Origin: a virus
Length of the DNA stretch: 64,000 bases
IMG/VR virus record: IMGVR_UViG_3300034122_002202
Coordinates: 77,810-141,809 of that record
Reading direction: 5' to 3' (one strand)
A program made the position numbers and the translations under genes. Under the pieces are notes generated by a model. That model did not search any database, had not been told where the DNA came from, and was given only the letters and a program-made list of their open reading frames with translations. The stretch's first letter is position 1. Each line of letters opens with the position of its first letter. Below are positions 40,294-48,971 of the stretch, one piece after another.

Positions 40294-41360
40294 TATAAAA
40301 TTTCCCGAATTATTTCTTTGCAAGAACTTTCCCATGTATTCTGTTTAAAAAATTCTATTCCAGAAATATTTGTTTTTAAATTATCATTTTGTTTTTTAAT
40401 ATGCAATTCTTTTAATTGATTAGAAAAATTATTTATGTAATTTTCTTCAAGTTTTGCCCAAGAACCAGTTCCATCAAACCATTTTGAATCATTTGCTGGT
40501 TCTATTCCATCTGGATTAATTAAATAACAACCAGATTCAACACCATATTCAGTTGGTCCTGAGTAGTTTGTAGCTATACAGTTTTTACCTATAGATAACA
40601 TTTCTGCCAACTCTAAGTTCCAAGCCTCTGCTCGATAAGGAAATATGCCTATATCGCTTTTTTTCATAAGGTCATAAACTTCATTTTGTGTTTTTAGCCT
40701 ATTTTTTAACACAACTATTTTGTCAAAAAATTTACTTTTTTCATAATATGAAATCCATTGATCTTGTTCTTCTTGCGAAAGAAATGGGTTAGAACAACAC
40801 ATTATTAATTTAAAATCATCATCAACATTAAATGTTCTTTCTAATATCTCAAGTATTAAATCGTGGCCTTTTCTTATTTCCCATTTACCTATGCTCAATA
40901 TTCTTGTTGTTTTAACATTGTCTGGTTCACATTGTTTAAAAATTAATTTATCGACACCAAGTCTAATTACTTTTACTTTAGATTCGTGTATTCCAGATTT
41001 AACAATTATTTGTTTTGCCCAATCAGAACATACAAAAATTTTATCTAAAAAATTAAGATTGTGTCTTTCATTGTCTTTTATATTATCCATTTCAAAAAAA
41101 GTCATTCCATATTTTTTTCCACGACCAGCACCTAGTGCCATATCCCATTGATGCCACAACCTAAAGCTTGGTGCATCGTAGTCAAACGATGAAGCATTTT
41201 TCAAACTAGCCTTGACAATTGGAATTGTTTTTTCTTCGCAATCAATTGGACCAATTGGCCATAAAGAAAGATTGTGTGATTTTGAAAGTTCAATAAGAAG
41301 ATTTGTTCCAACAACACCATAACCAAGCTGATTGATTGGAGCAGAAAAATTAATATTCAT
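40293..41360 (-). CDS. Glycosyltransferase family 4
   Basis: LGYG, GKWEIRKG, EAWNLELAEM. Confidence 0.85.
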   Translation of the reverse strand: MNINFSAPINQLGYGVVGTNLLIELSKSHNLSLWPIGPIDCEEKTIPIVKASLKNASSFDYDAPSFRLWHQWDMALGAGRGKKYGMTFFEMDNIKDNERHNLNFLDKIFVCSDWAKQIIVKSGIHESKVKVIRLGVDKLIFKQCEPDNVKTTRILSIGKWEIRKGHDLILEILERTFNVDDDFKLIMCCSNPFLSQEEQDQWISYYEKSKFFDKIVVLKNRLKTQNEVYDLMKKSDIGIFPYRAEAWNLELAEMLSIGKNCIATNYSGPTEYGVESGCYLINPDGIEPANDSKWFDGTGSWAKLEENYINNFSNQLKELHIKKQNDNLKTNISGIEFFKQNTWESSCKEIIREIL

Positions 41361-41388
41361 TGTGTCCTCCTTTTGTTCCTAATTCATA

Positions 41389-41583
41389 CTACAGAAAACG
41401 ATTGTCTTTATCAATAACATTTGATCTTGTTTTTTCATAAATTACAATTTTTGTATATTCGTTTTCTTCTAAAAAGGCAGCTTTTTTCTCTGCTCTTTGC
41501 CAATATTTTTCTTCATACTCAGCTATTTTAATCCTATTCTTTCCTCCTGGAACTACTCCCCAAACCTCAAAGTAAGTTGTCAT
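41389..41583 (-). CDS. Hypothetical protein
   Basis: 64 aa with a GGAG RBS. Confidence 0.6.
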   Translation of the reverse strand: MTTYFEVWGVVPGGKNRIKIAEYEEKYWQRAEKKAAFLEENEYTKIVIYEKTRSNVIDKDNRFL

Positions 41584-41748
41584 GGGAAATCTCCAAAGAG
41601 AAATATTAACCCATACTTAAATACCCCTTAATCCGTAGTATCAACACACTTACAGTTATTGTTATGAATTAAATCCGCTAATATGTAGCTTAATGTTAAA
41701 TACATTAACAAAAATGAAAATATTATTATGATTATATTCCGTACAGCT

Positions 41749-42018
41749 TTACTGTATAGAAATGTATTTCGATAGTTTTGTTCCATACAATTCTTTTATT
41801 TGTTTTTTTTGGATCATGTTTTTTAAACTGTCGTTTATTTCTCTAGATGAATATTTATTATGAGAAAATTCTTTAAGTATATCCTTATGTATTTTTTCAA
41901 AAAGCATCTCTTCTGGTATTAAATAGTCAGAAGGTATGTTCTGATATATAAGACTGTCTAGCTCACTAGAAAATCTTTCGTTTCCAATTAATTTGTTTTT
42001 TGTGTAATGAGTTTGCAT
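41749..42018 (-). CDS. Hypothetical protein (possible winged helix)
   Basis: Start MQTHY after GGAG. Confidence 0.5.
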   Translation of the reverse strand: MQTHYTKNKLIGNERFSSELDSLIYQNIPSDYLIPEEMLFEKIHKDILKEFSHNKYSSREINDSLKNMIQKKQIKELYGTKLSKYISIQ

Positions 42019-42019
42019 G

Positions 42020-42514
42020 TTAATTCCACTCCGCTGGTGTTGGTGCATTGTTCCATTGAAAATCATGAAAAGTTAAACCATGCAAGTGTGCTATTTCATG
42101 CTGAACAACTGCACTTTCAAGATTTTTAATAGTATCACTTTCAAGAGAAACATTACCAAAAAAGATTGTTTCTTTATGATTATCGCAAGAAACTTCAACC
42201 CACATATGCCTATATATATCTAATTCAATGTCTGGATAACTCAAACATTGTTCTTTATTTCTAATTCTAACATTAGAAAAAGAAATAATTTTTGGATTTA
42301 TTAAAACAAAAGGTTTACTATTTTTGATGGCTATACATACACAAGCATCTATGCCGACTTGATTTGCTGCTAAACCAACTATTTTAGTGTTTGTTTTTTT
42401 CTTTAGTGTGTTTAAAAACATGCCCAATCTTTTGGCAATTTTAAATCCAGTTTTTAAATCTACATTTAAACACTTTTTTTTTAACAAATCATTATTGTTT
42501 AGAATTATTTTCAT
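42020..42514 (-). CDS. def: Peptide deformylase
   Basis: GLAANQVG, INP, EQCLS, QHEIAHL. Confidence 0.9.
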   Translation of the reverse strand: MKIILNNNDLLKKKCLNVDLKTGFKIAKRLGMFLNTLKKKTNTKIVGLAANQVGIDACVCIAIKNSKPFVLINPKIISFSNVRIRNKEQCLSYPDIELDIYRHMWVEVSCDNHKETIFFGNVSLESDTIKNLESAVVQHEIAHLHGLTFHDFQWNNAPTPAEWN

Positions 42515-42980
42515 TTAAGTACTCTTCTATATGTTTTTTTACTTTGGCAGCATTTACATATCCATCTGGAATTACTGCAAATCTACAAGCACCATCAAGT
42601 TCTATTGTTTGGCTGATTATCTTGCATGAATTTTCTGATTTATGCAATGCACAATTACCGCATTTAACTCCAATATCTTTTACTTCATTCTTGTCTGCGT
42701 TTTCATAACCAACCCAAATACCATCGCTTTTATCAATTGGTCCAATCTTATCAACTAAAGATAACAATGAGTCTGCTAATGCCTTTTCATCACTTGAAAG
42801 TTGTGAATAAAGCTGTTCGTCTGATTGAGACTTCATTATCTTAGAAAAATTTTCTGGTCCTTCAATTGAAATACCTTGTCTTATTGCTTCTTTTTTAGAG
42901 TCTTTACCAGTATAACATTTGCCTTCATCTCCCCACTTCCAACCATCTTTATTGTTTTCGAAACAGTTTTTTAAAGGCAT
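42492..42980 (-). CDS. Hypothetical protein with a Cys4 (HiPIP-like) module
   Basis: N-terminal GWKWGDEGKCY; CGNC...C...GACRF. Confidence 0.65.
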   Translation of the reverse strand: MPLKNCFENNKDGWKWGDEGKCYTGKDSKKEAIRQGISIEGPENFSKIMKSQSDEQLYSQLSSDEKALADSLLSLVDKIGPIDKSDGIWVGYENADKNEVKDIGVKCGNCALHKSENSCKIISQTIELDGACRFAVIPDGYVNAAKVKKHIEEYLNENNSKQ

Positions 42981-43354
42981 TAGAATCTCCTAGATATAAG
43001 CTTGCAAAGTTTTATGAAATACTTTTCATTTAAACTCATCTTCATATAATTAACATCTTTATGAACCCACTGTATATTTTCTTTAGTATAGTCAAGATTA
43101 CTATTCTTTCTATCTAATGATGCTGTTCCTAAAGAATATATATCTTTATTATTAATTCTTTTTAAATATTTTTTATGGGTTATTTTTAAACCAGTATAGA
43201 AACATCTTCTATTTTGTTTTAAAAAAATTAACCAAGCCTCTTCTATTGTTACTGTTATTTGTATATTTCTTTTTTTGGCATTTTTTTTTAATGAAGACCA
43301 ATATTTTCCAGAAATTTCGCCAAAAGTTTTATTGTTATGCGATTTTTTTTTCAT
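42980..43354 (-). CDS. HNH-like endonuclease
   Basis: CFYTG, SLDRKNS, YTKENIQWVHKDVNYMK. Confidence 0.75.
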   Translation of the reverse strand: MKKKSHNNKTFGEISGKYWSSLKKNAKKRNIQITVTIEEAWLIFLKQNRRCFYTGLKITHKKYLKRINNKDIYSLGTASLDRKNSNLDYTKENIQWVHKDVNYMKMSLNEKYFIKLCKLISRRF

Positions 43355-43400
43355 GATTACCCCCATACTAATACACAGTATGAGGGTAAATCATTAAAGA

Positions 43401-44117
43401 TTATTTCATAGAAACAGCTTGTGGGCTTGAATTTTTGAATGCTGTTGATTCATTTTTCCAGCCAAATTGTTCTAGTGCTGTATGATAGCCACTTGTCCAT
43501 GAACCATCTGCATAAAGTTTTGCACAAGCTTCCCAACCATCACGATATGAACCAGAACCAGTTGGTGAACCAGCCCTTAAAATAGCATCTCTATAACCAT
43601 TTTCATAAGTTGGTTTGCTTCTATCTGCATAAATTTCATCTTTCAAAAGTCTATTTTCAGCAGCTAAAAGTTCTTTAACTGTTGAGTTTTTATTAGTTTC
43701 TACTACATACATATGACTAACATAAATTGAATATCCTAAAAAAACCAAAGCAATAGAACCAAAAAACTTAGCCATAATAGTCCTCCATATAGAAATAGGT
43801 CTTTGAAAAGTCTTAACTCTAAATTGTTTTACTCTTTTGTAATGTTCTTGGCAATCCCTAATTACTTCTGGATTATAATTTTTATAGTTGTGCAAATGAC
43901 CAAAAACAAAGTGACAATATTTGCAAAGAGTGCATAAGTTATCTCTGCACAACTCTTTAGATGCATCAACATTAACTGGTATTTTATGATGAACTTGAAC
44001 ATCTTTTTTTGTGCCACAACCTATGCACGATGGATTATCTTTGATATATTGACAACGAACAGTCCACCATTTGCCAGAACGATCAGACGAAAATATCTTT
44101 AAAAAAAAGCTAATCAC
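43401..44117 (-). CDS. HNH endonuclease domain in frame with a membrane-anchored protein (second start at 43775)
   Basis: CIGC...VHH...NLCTLCKYCH; internal GGAGG RBS and ATG (MAKFFGSIALVF) at 43775. Confidence 0.7.
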   Translation of the reverse strand: MISFFLKIFSSDRSGKWWTVRCQYIKDNPSCIGCGTKKDVQVHHKIPVNVDASKELCRDNLCTLCKYCHFVFGHLHNYKNYNPEVIRDCQEHYKRVKQFRVKTFQRPISIWRTIMAKFFGSIALVFLGYSIYVSHMYVVETNKNSTVKELLAAENRLLKDEIYADRSKPTYENGYRDAILRAGSPTGSGSYRDGWEACAKLYADGSWTSGYHTALEQFGWKNESTAFKNSSPQAVSMK

Positions 44118-44280
44118 TTGTTGTTTCTCTTGTTATTTTTGTTCCCCATTTTCCAAATTCGTTAGTCATACTTTTTAATTTTTCACCACACTTTTTACAT
44201 AGCCTGTTTGTTTTAGGATCAACGCTCATAAATTTTTTATTGCACCAACCTAAACAATTTACAGAAACCTTATTTTTCAT
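44110..44280 (-). CDS. Small Zn-finger protein (56 aa, not in the ORF track)
   Basis: Manual translation MKNKVSVNCLGWC...LCKKC; GGAG RBS; overlaps neighbours. Confidence 0.65.
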   Translation of the reverse strand: MKNKVSVNCLGWCNKKFMSVDPKTNRLCKKCGEKLKSMTNEFGKWGTKITRETTSD

Positions 44281-44761
44281 CACCAATCTCCACAGTGAAT
44301 TTTACAGCATCGATATCATTAGGAAAATATTTCTTCTCTAACTTTGATTTGAATTTTTTACTGCTATAGAATTTAATGCTATCATTGTCATCTTCCCTAC
44401 AATACGCAGAAATTATTGGTTTAAACTTTTTTTGAATTAAAAATTCAATCATGGCAGTTCCGTAACCATTTCTTCTGTTCTTTGGATGAACAACCAATTT
44501 TTCTATTATTGTTTCATTAGTTGCATTTTCAATCAAAATGAAGCCAACTATTTTAGAATTTTCGTAAATAACATAAGAAAATGTATTCTTTTTTCTAACA
44601 AAACTTGTAAAAGAAGATGAGGACCAAGCAGAATCATTTTGGATTTTGCCAAAGTCTGGATCATTTGTGTAACATGATGCCTTTTCTATTTCTACTACAT
44701 CTAGGAGATTTCTTTTTATTAATAACTTTACATTTATCTCTGGTTCGTTTTTCTTTGCCAT
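44270..44761 (-). CDS. GNAT acetyltransferase (RimI-like)
   Basis: VVEIEKAS, LVVHPKNRRNGYG, IKFY, YF...DA. Confidence 0.85.
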   Translation of the reverse strand: MAKKNEPEINVKLLIKRNLLDVVEIEKASCYTNDPDFGKIQNDSAWSSSSFTSFVRKKNTFSYVIYENSKIVGFILIENATNETIIEKLVVHPKNRRNGYGTAMIEFLIQKKFKPIISAYCREDDNDSIKFYSSKKFKSKLEKKYFPNDIDAVKFTVEIGDEK

Positions 44762-44786
44762 AATGTTCTCGATATAAGAGGTTAGT

Positions 44787-45065
44787 ATGAAAAATAGAAT
44801 AAAGGAAAGTCAACAAACACTCAAGGCTTATTTTAAAGGCAAAATTGATTTTCTCAATTTAAATACTGTAAATTTTAATAAGTCTGAATTTATTTTATTT
44901 AAAAAGATAATAAGAAAGGCTTATTCAACTGGGTATATATCTGAATCTGAATTTATGGAAATAACCCTAATAGTTGGAAAAGATGTTGGTCACTTAAACT
45001 CATTTGGCTTTATAGAGAAGAGCGTAGTTCAAATATTTTGCGACATAGCTAGTGAGGAACTATAG
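44787..45065 (+). CDS. Hypothetical protein
   Basis: 92 aa; GAGG RBS; divergent from the GNAT gene. Confidence 0.55.
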   Translation: MKNRIKESQQTLKAYFKGKIDFLNLNTVNFNKSEFILFKKIIRKAYSTGYISESEFMEITLIVGKDVGHLNSFGFIEKSVVQIFCDIASEEL

Positions 45066-45402
45066 TTTTGTCAAATTGATCATCAAAGCTGGATGACTCA
45101 AGTAATACACTCTCTTTCATGGCTGTTATCATATGTCTTTGATTCGCCCCTACAAAAATACAATCACCTTGTTTTAAAAGCTCTATATGGGCCAAATTTA
45201 AGTCATCGCCATCAGATATGTGCATCGACACCTCTCCAGAGAATATGTAAAAATAAGACTCTTTTTGAGCATGATAGTGCCAACTAGTTTGTTTAAAAAT
45301 ATCCATCTTTAATATTTTCAAGCATATCTCTTTAAAAGATTCGTTTACTACTGTTTCTTCACTGCCCCACTTTTTAAGTATTATGTCTGCTTTAAACTTC
45401 AT
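45049..45402 (-). CDS. Cupin-fold protein (sugar isomerase-like)
   Basis: KKWGSE, TSWHYHAQKESYF...G...H. Confidence 0.8.
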   Translation of the reverse strand: MKFKADIILKKWGSEETVVNESFKEICLKILKMDIFKQTSWHYHAQKESYFYIFSGEVSMHISDGDDLNLAHIELLKQGDCIFVGANQRHMITAMKESVLLESSSFDDQFDKTIVPH

Positions 45403-45414
45403 TACAAATACCCC

Positions 45415-45715
45415 TTCTTTACCCTGATAGCATAGCATCAGAGTTCTTTTGTTTACTTTCAGTGTGCTATAAACTCTACCAAACAAGACATCAATTAAGA
45501 ATTTTTGTGCTTTGCTCTATCAGGTCTAAGCGGAGAAGGGGTCACTCCGATCTTAGTGTTGATTCTTAATTAAACTTTTCGTGCCACCTGTTAAGAGTTT
45601 GGCTACTCTATGGCAGTCTTTGGGTCCATACCCTGGTGTTATGATTACTTCGGGGAAAGAACTGCGAAAGAACCGTTATTGAATTTGATAACGCAGTTAC
45701 TTATGATCATAAGCT
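45415..45715. ncRNA. Putative structured non-coding RNA, family unassigned
   Basis: About 300 nt gene-free, GC-richer interval with several nested inverted repeats (see findings). Confidence 0.45.
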
Positions 45716-45979
45716 TGTTATATAGCTGTCTACATTCTCCATACGCAATGCAAACATATAGCTACCATTGCCATTTTGCAATACAAAATCCTTAACTTTT
45801 TTACTATTCTTAATCTTTCTTTTGTCACCTATACAGACAACCTTCTCTAATAATTCAATTGCTTGTTTATCAGATGAGGCACAAAGAATTATTGATATGC
45901 AACCATCTTTTGAAATTTTAGCTTTATATTTATTTTTATTTTTAAGAATTGTTATTTTTACATGATATGTTTTAATCAT
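45707..45979 (-). CDS. Hypothetical protein
   Basis: 90 aa basic ORF. Confidence 0.5.
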   Translation of the reverse strand: MIKTYHVKITILKNKNKYKAKISKDGCISIILCASSDKQAIELLEKVVCIGDKRKIKNSKKVKDFVLQNGNGSYMFALRMENVDSYITSL

Positions 45980-46058
45980 TTAAAATACCACAATGTTTTG
46001 ATAAGCTTTCAAAATACACATACACTAATACAGTATATATGCTGGTGTATATTTATCT

Positions 46059-46463
46059 ATGGAGATTAATATGAATATTTTAGAAGACATAAATTTTTAT
46101 TTATCTAATGCAAGTGTAGTGATTGTCGATATAGATAACACTATTTTGCGTAATGGTATATACCCAATTAAAAAAATGATTGATTATGTAAATGAATTGT
46201 CAAAAGAAAATAAGATTTATATCATAACTGGTAGGCCAGAATCTGATAGAGATGATACTGTAAAGTCTTTAAAGAAAGCTGGAGTTAAATATAATAGACT
46301 TATGATGAATAATATAGGTGGTGGACCTAAAGATCAAAACGAGTCTAAAAAAAGACATGCTGAAAGCATAAAAGAAAATGTGTTGTTTGCTATAGATGAC
46401 AATCCTAAAATGCGTAATGCATATAAGGAAGCTGGAATAAAAACAAAGTCACCTAAAAAATGA
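46059..46463 (+). CDS. HAD-superfamily phosphatase (PNKP 3'-phosphatase-like)
   Basis: DIDNT, ITGR, K, IDDN motifs. Confidence 0.85.
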   Translation: MEINMNILEDINFYLSNASVVIVDIDNTILRNGIYPIKKMIDYVNELSKENKIYIITGRPESDRDDTVKSLKKAGVKYNRLMMNNIGGGPKDQNESKKRHAESIKENVLFAIDDNPKMRNAYKEAGIKTKSPKK

Positions 46464-46630
46464 TAAAAGACATAGACTATTATATAGATGAAAACAAACA
46501 AATTGTTTTGACTGAATATTTTTTAAAAAAAAGAGGTCGTTGTTGCAAAAAAGATTGCAAGCATTGCCCTTACGGATTTCAAAAAGAAAAATCAAGCGAC
46601 AATACTGGCAATATCAAACCTTCTAGTTAA
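46460..46630 (+). CDS. DUF5522-like Cys-rich small protein (56 aa, not in the ORF track)
   Basis: DYYIDE...LKKRGRCCKKDCKHCPYG; ATGA overlap with the HAD gene. Confidence 0.75.
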   Translation: MIKDIDYYIDENKQIVLTEYFLKKRGRCCKKDCKHCPYGFQKEKSSDNTGNIKPSS

Positions 46631-46780
46631 ACTATCTACGCCAAACATATCCATATATACATCTCTTATTTCTTCCATATAAACTCTGTTAAATTTTATG
46701 CCAACACTTTTTGACATTCTAATAGATGCCAATATCATTATTCTTCTAGCTTTTTTTTGTCTGTTCTTTTTAATTTTCAT
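46592..46780 (-). CDS. Hypothetical protein
   Basis: 62 aa basic ORF. Confidence 0.55.
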   Translation of the reverse strand: MKIKKNRQKKARRIMILASIRMSKSVGIKFNRVYMEEIRDVYMDMFGVDSLTRRFDIASIVA

Positions 46781-46787
46781 GTTGTTC

Positions 46788-47000
46788 CTATTCTACATTT
46801 AGATTTATTTGTGTTGTTTCAATAACTTCTAAATTTAAATCGCTGTTTGAAATAAATTGTTTTGTTTTTTCTAATACTAAATTTGCATGTTCTTCATTAT
46901 AACAATCAAAAACATAAGCATCTTTCTTTAATTTTGTTAATCCAACCTCTGGTTGTCTGCAAAAAAATTCTCCATAGATGTTTCTAATTATTATTTTCAT
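46788..47000 (-). CDS. Hypothetical protein
   Basis: 70 aa; AGGGGG RBS and a CGAATA motif upstream. Confidence 0.6.
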   Translation of the reverse strand: MKIIIRNIYGEFFCRQPEVGLTKLKKDAYVFDCYNEEHANLVLEKTKQFISNSDLNLEVIETTQINLNVE

Positions 47001-47073
47001 ATTGATTCCCCCTTATGGTTTAGTAATATATAATAGTATTCGCTTTAACAACCAAAATATTCAAGAAATTAAA

Positions 47074-47586
47074 ATGAAAATATATACAAAAACTGGAGAT
47101 GATGGAACTACACTTTTACCAAAGACAGGTAGAGTTCCTAAAACCAATCCGAATATACAACTTCTTGGCAGTATTGATGAGCTTAATGCTTGGATTGGAT
47201 TTGTTAATCAAAAGTACATTTTAGAATTAAAAGTTCATGAAGTGTACGAATTTATAATAGAAATACAGAATCTTCTTTTTGAAGTTGGTGCAGAAGTGGC
47301 TACTGGAAAAGAAAGAATAAAAGAAGAACACATTAAAAAAACAGAAGACATTATTGATTTGATGACTAAAAGTTTGAAGCCATTAAAGAATTTTATAATT
47401 CCATTCAATCATTGTGAAATTCATTTGGCTAGAGCAGTATGTAGAAGAGTTGAAATTGATTTAGTAAGGCTTATGGAAGCACATCAAGACTTTAAAAACA
47501 TTGTTGTATTTATAAATAGACTTAGTGATTTTTTATTTACTTTGGCTAGATTGCTTGGTCCAGAAGAAAAGATATGGCATGGTTAA
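47074..47586 (+). CDS. pduO: PduO-type cob(I)alamin adenosyltransferase
   Basis: MKIYTKTGDDGTT, GSIDELNAWIG, IQNLLFEVG, ARAVCRRVE, NRLSDFLFTLAR. Confidence 0.93.
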   Translation: MKIYTKTGDDGTTLLPKTGRVPKTNPNIQLLGSIDELNAWIGFVNQKYILELKVHEVYEFIIEIQNLLFEVGAEVATGKERIKEEHIKKTEDIIDLMTKSLKPLKNFIIPFNHCEIHLARAVCRRVEIDLVRLMEAHQDFKNIVVFINRLSDFLFTLARLLGPEEKIWHG

Positions 47587-48294
47587 TTAAACTTCTACAT
47601 TTAATAATCTAAGATTTAATTTTTCAGAAATCCTATTTTCTTTTTCATATAAAATTTTATACTTAGAATCTAAATCACTTATTCCGCTTTTTAATGATTT
47701 TATAAACAATTCTTTGTCTCTTCTTTCCCTTGCTAATATATCTGCATTTTTTACTGCTTCTACCATATTTCTTCCATGATCAAAGCATTCATACTTGCAT
47801 TCTCTTGATGAAATATTTACAAGATTAAATAAACATCTGTCTCTAAAATTATCGTCTTCAGCACCCCAACCCCAAAATTCATTACTAAAACCATTTGTTC
47901 TAAGAAATTCTTCTTTGTCTGCAATTAAAACTCCACCAAAATATTCTGTGTACGGCATTTTGTATTTATATTGACTAGCCATTGTTGCTAAATGAACAAC
48001 CCCATTAAAATATGAGTAGTCTGCTGTTTCTAAATATGGAACCATATCAACATCATGAAAACAAAAATAGTCTGCATTTTTTGAATTTTTAGCACCAATG
48101 TTTTTTAATAATGCAGGATTGCAAGGTTTATTGGCCTGTTCTACAATTATTATTTCGGTGTTTATATTTTCTAAACACTTAGTTAAATTTTTCCAAAGTC
48201 CTTCTAAGTGTTCTTCTCTATTTTTAAATGGTATAATTAAAGATAAGTTTTTTTCATTTTTATAAAATTTTTTCATGATTCCAAAAATCCTCAT
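47587..48294 (-). CDS. GT7 beta-1,4-galactosyltransferase-like protein
   Basis: IIPFKNREEHL, FHDVD, YFGGV, NGFSNEFWGWGAEDD. Confidence 0.88.
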   Translation of the reverse strand: MRIFGIMKKFYKNEKNLSLIIPFKNREEHLEGLWKNLTKCLENINTEIIIVEQANKPCNPALLKNIGAKNSKNADYFCFHDVDMVPYLETADYSYFNGVVHLATMASQYKYKMPYTEYFGGVLIADKEEFLRTNGFSNEFWGWGAEDDNFRDRCLFNLVNISSRECKYECFDHGRNMVEAVKNADILARERRDKELFIKSLKSGISDLDSKYKILYEKENRISEKLNLRLLNVEV

Positions 48295-48308
48295 TAGTTA
48301 AAAATTTT

Positions 48309-48926
48309 TTATTTTTTTAGATGGGCCACCCATAAGCCATTCCACCAATTTTTTACATCTCCATTATGATCAGCTTTTAAAATCCATGATTTTTCTATAG
48401 AAAGATTAAGTTTTTTTATTGCTTCTAAAGTTCCTTCGGGAACGCCAAAAAAATTCCAATCATCGCAAATATAAATAAATTCATCTTCCATAGCATCTAT
48501 ATAATAAGTAATAGCTAATGACTGCGATTCTTTTGAATGATCCCCATCATAAAAATAAATATTTATCTTTTGTTTTATTTCATTTTTAACATCGACAATA
48601 AAACTTTCTTTGTCTAAAAAATTATATTCGCATTCTAAATCAGATATAGTTTTTAAAAAATGTTCTGTAGAGCCGTTAAATTGACTCCAGTTATCTATCG
48701 CTAATGCGTAAGAAGGATTGTTTTTATACAATGCAGAATAAAATGTGGAACCTTTCCATACTCCAATCTCTAGGTATTTTGCATTTGGCATTTCCAATAA
48801 AAGATTTAAAAGATTTCTTACATTAAAACTAGACATGCCCTCCATTGTTTTTGCTTTTTTGTTAATCTTAGAATAACCATTTAGCGTTTTGTTTATACAA
48901 CTATCAATATGATCTGAATAATTCAT
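48309..48926 (-). CDS. Class I SAM methyltransferase (Methyltransf_24-like)
   Basis: YLEIGVWKGST, FYDGDH, ICDDW. Confidence 0.82.
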   Translation of the reverse strand: MNYSDHIDSCINKTLNGYSKINKKAKTMEGMSSFNVRNLLNLLLEMPNAKYLEIGVWKGSTFYSALYKNNPSYALAIDNWSQFNGSTEHFLKTISDLECEYNFLDKESFIVDVKNEIKQKINIYFYDGDHSKESQSLAITYYIDAMEDEFIYICDDWNFFGVPEGTLEAIKKLNLSIEKSWILKADHNGDVKNWWNGLWVAHLKK

Positions 48927-48971
48927 GTTTTATCCTATGTTGTTTATTTTTAAAAAACCCTAAACAATTAT

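Noticed and set aside
45415-45715. tRNA, tmRNA, RNase P RNA or the 45610..45795 ORF
   Set aside because: No TTCGA T-loop/acceptor stem, no GAGGAAAGTCC, and the short ORF lacks an RBS and overlaps an opposite-strand gene.
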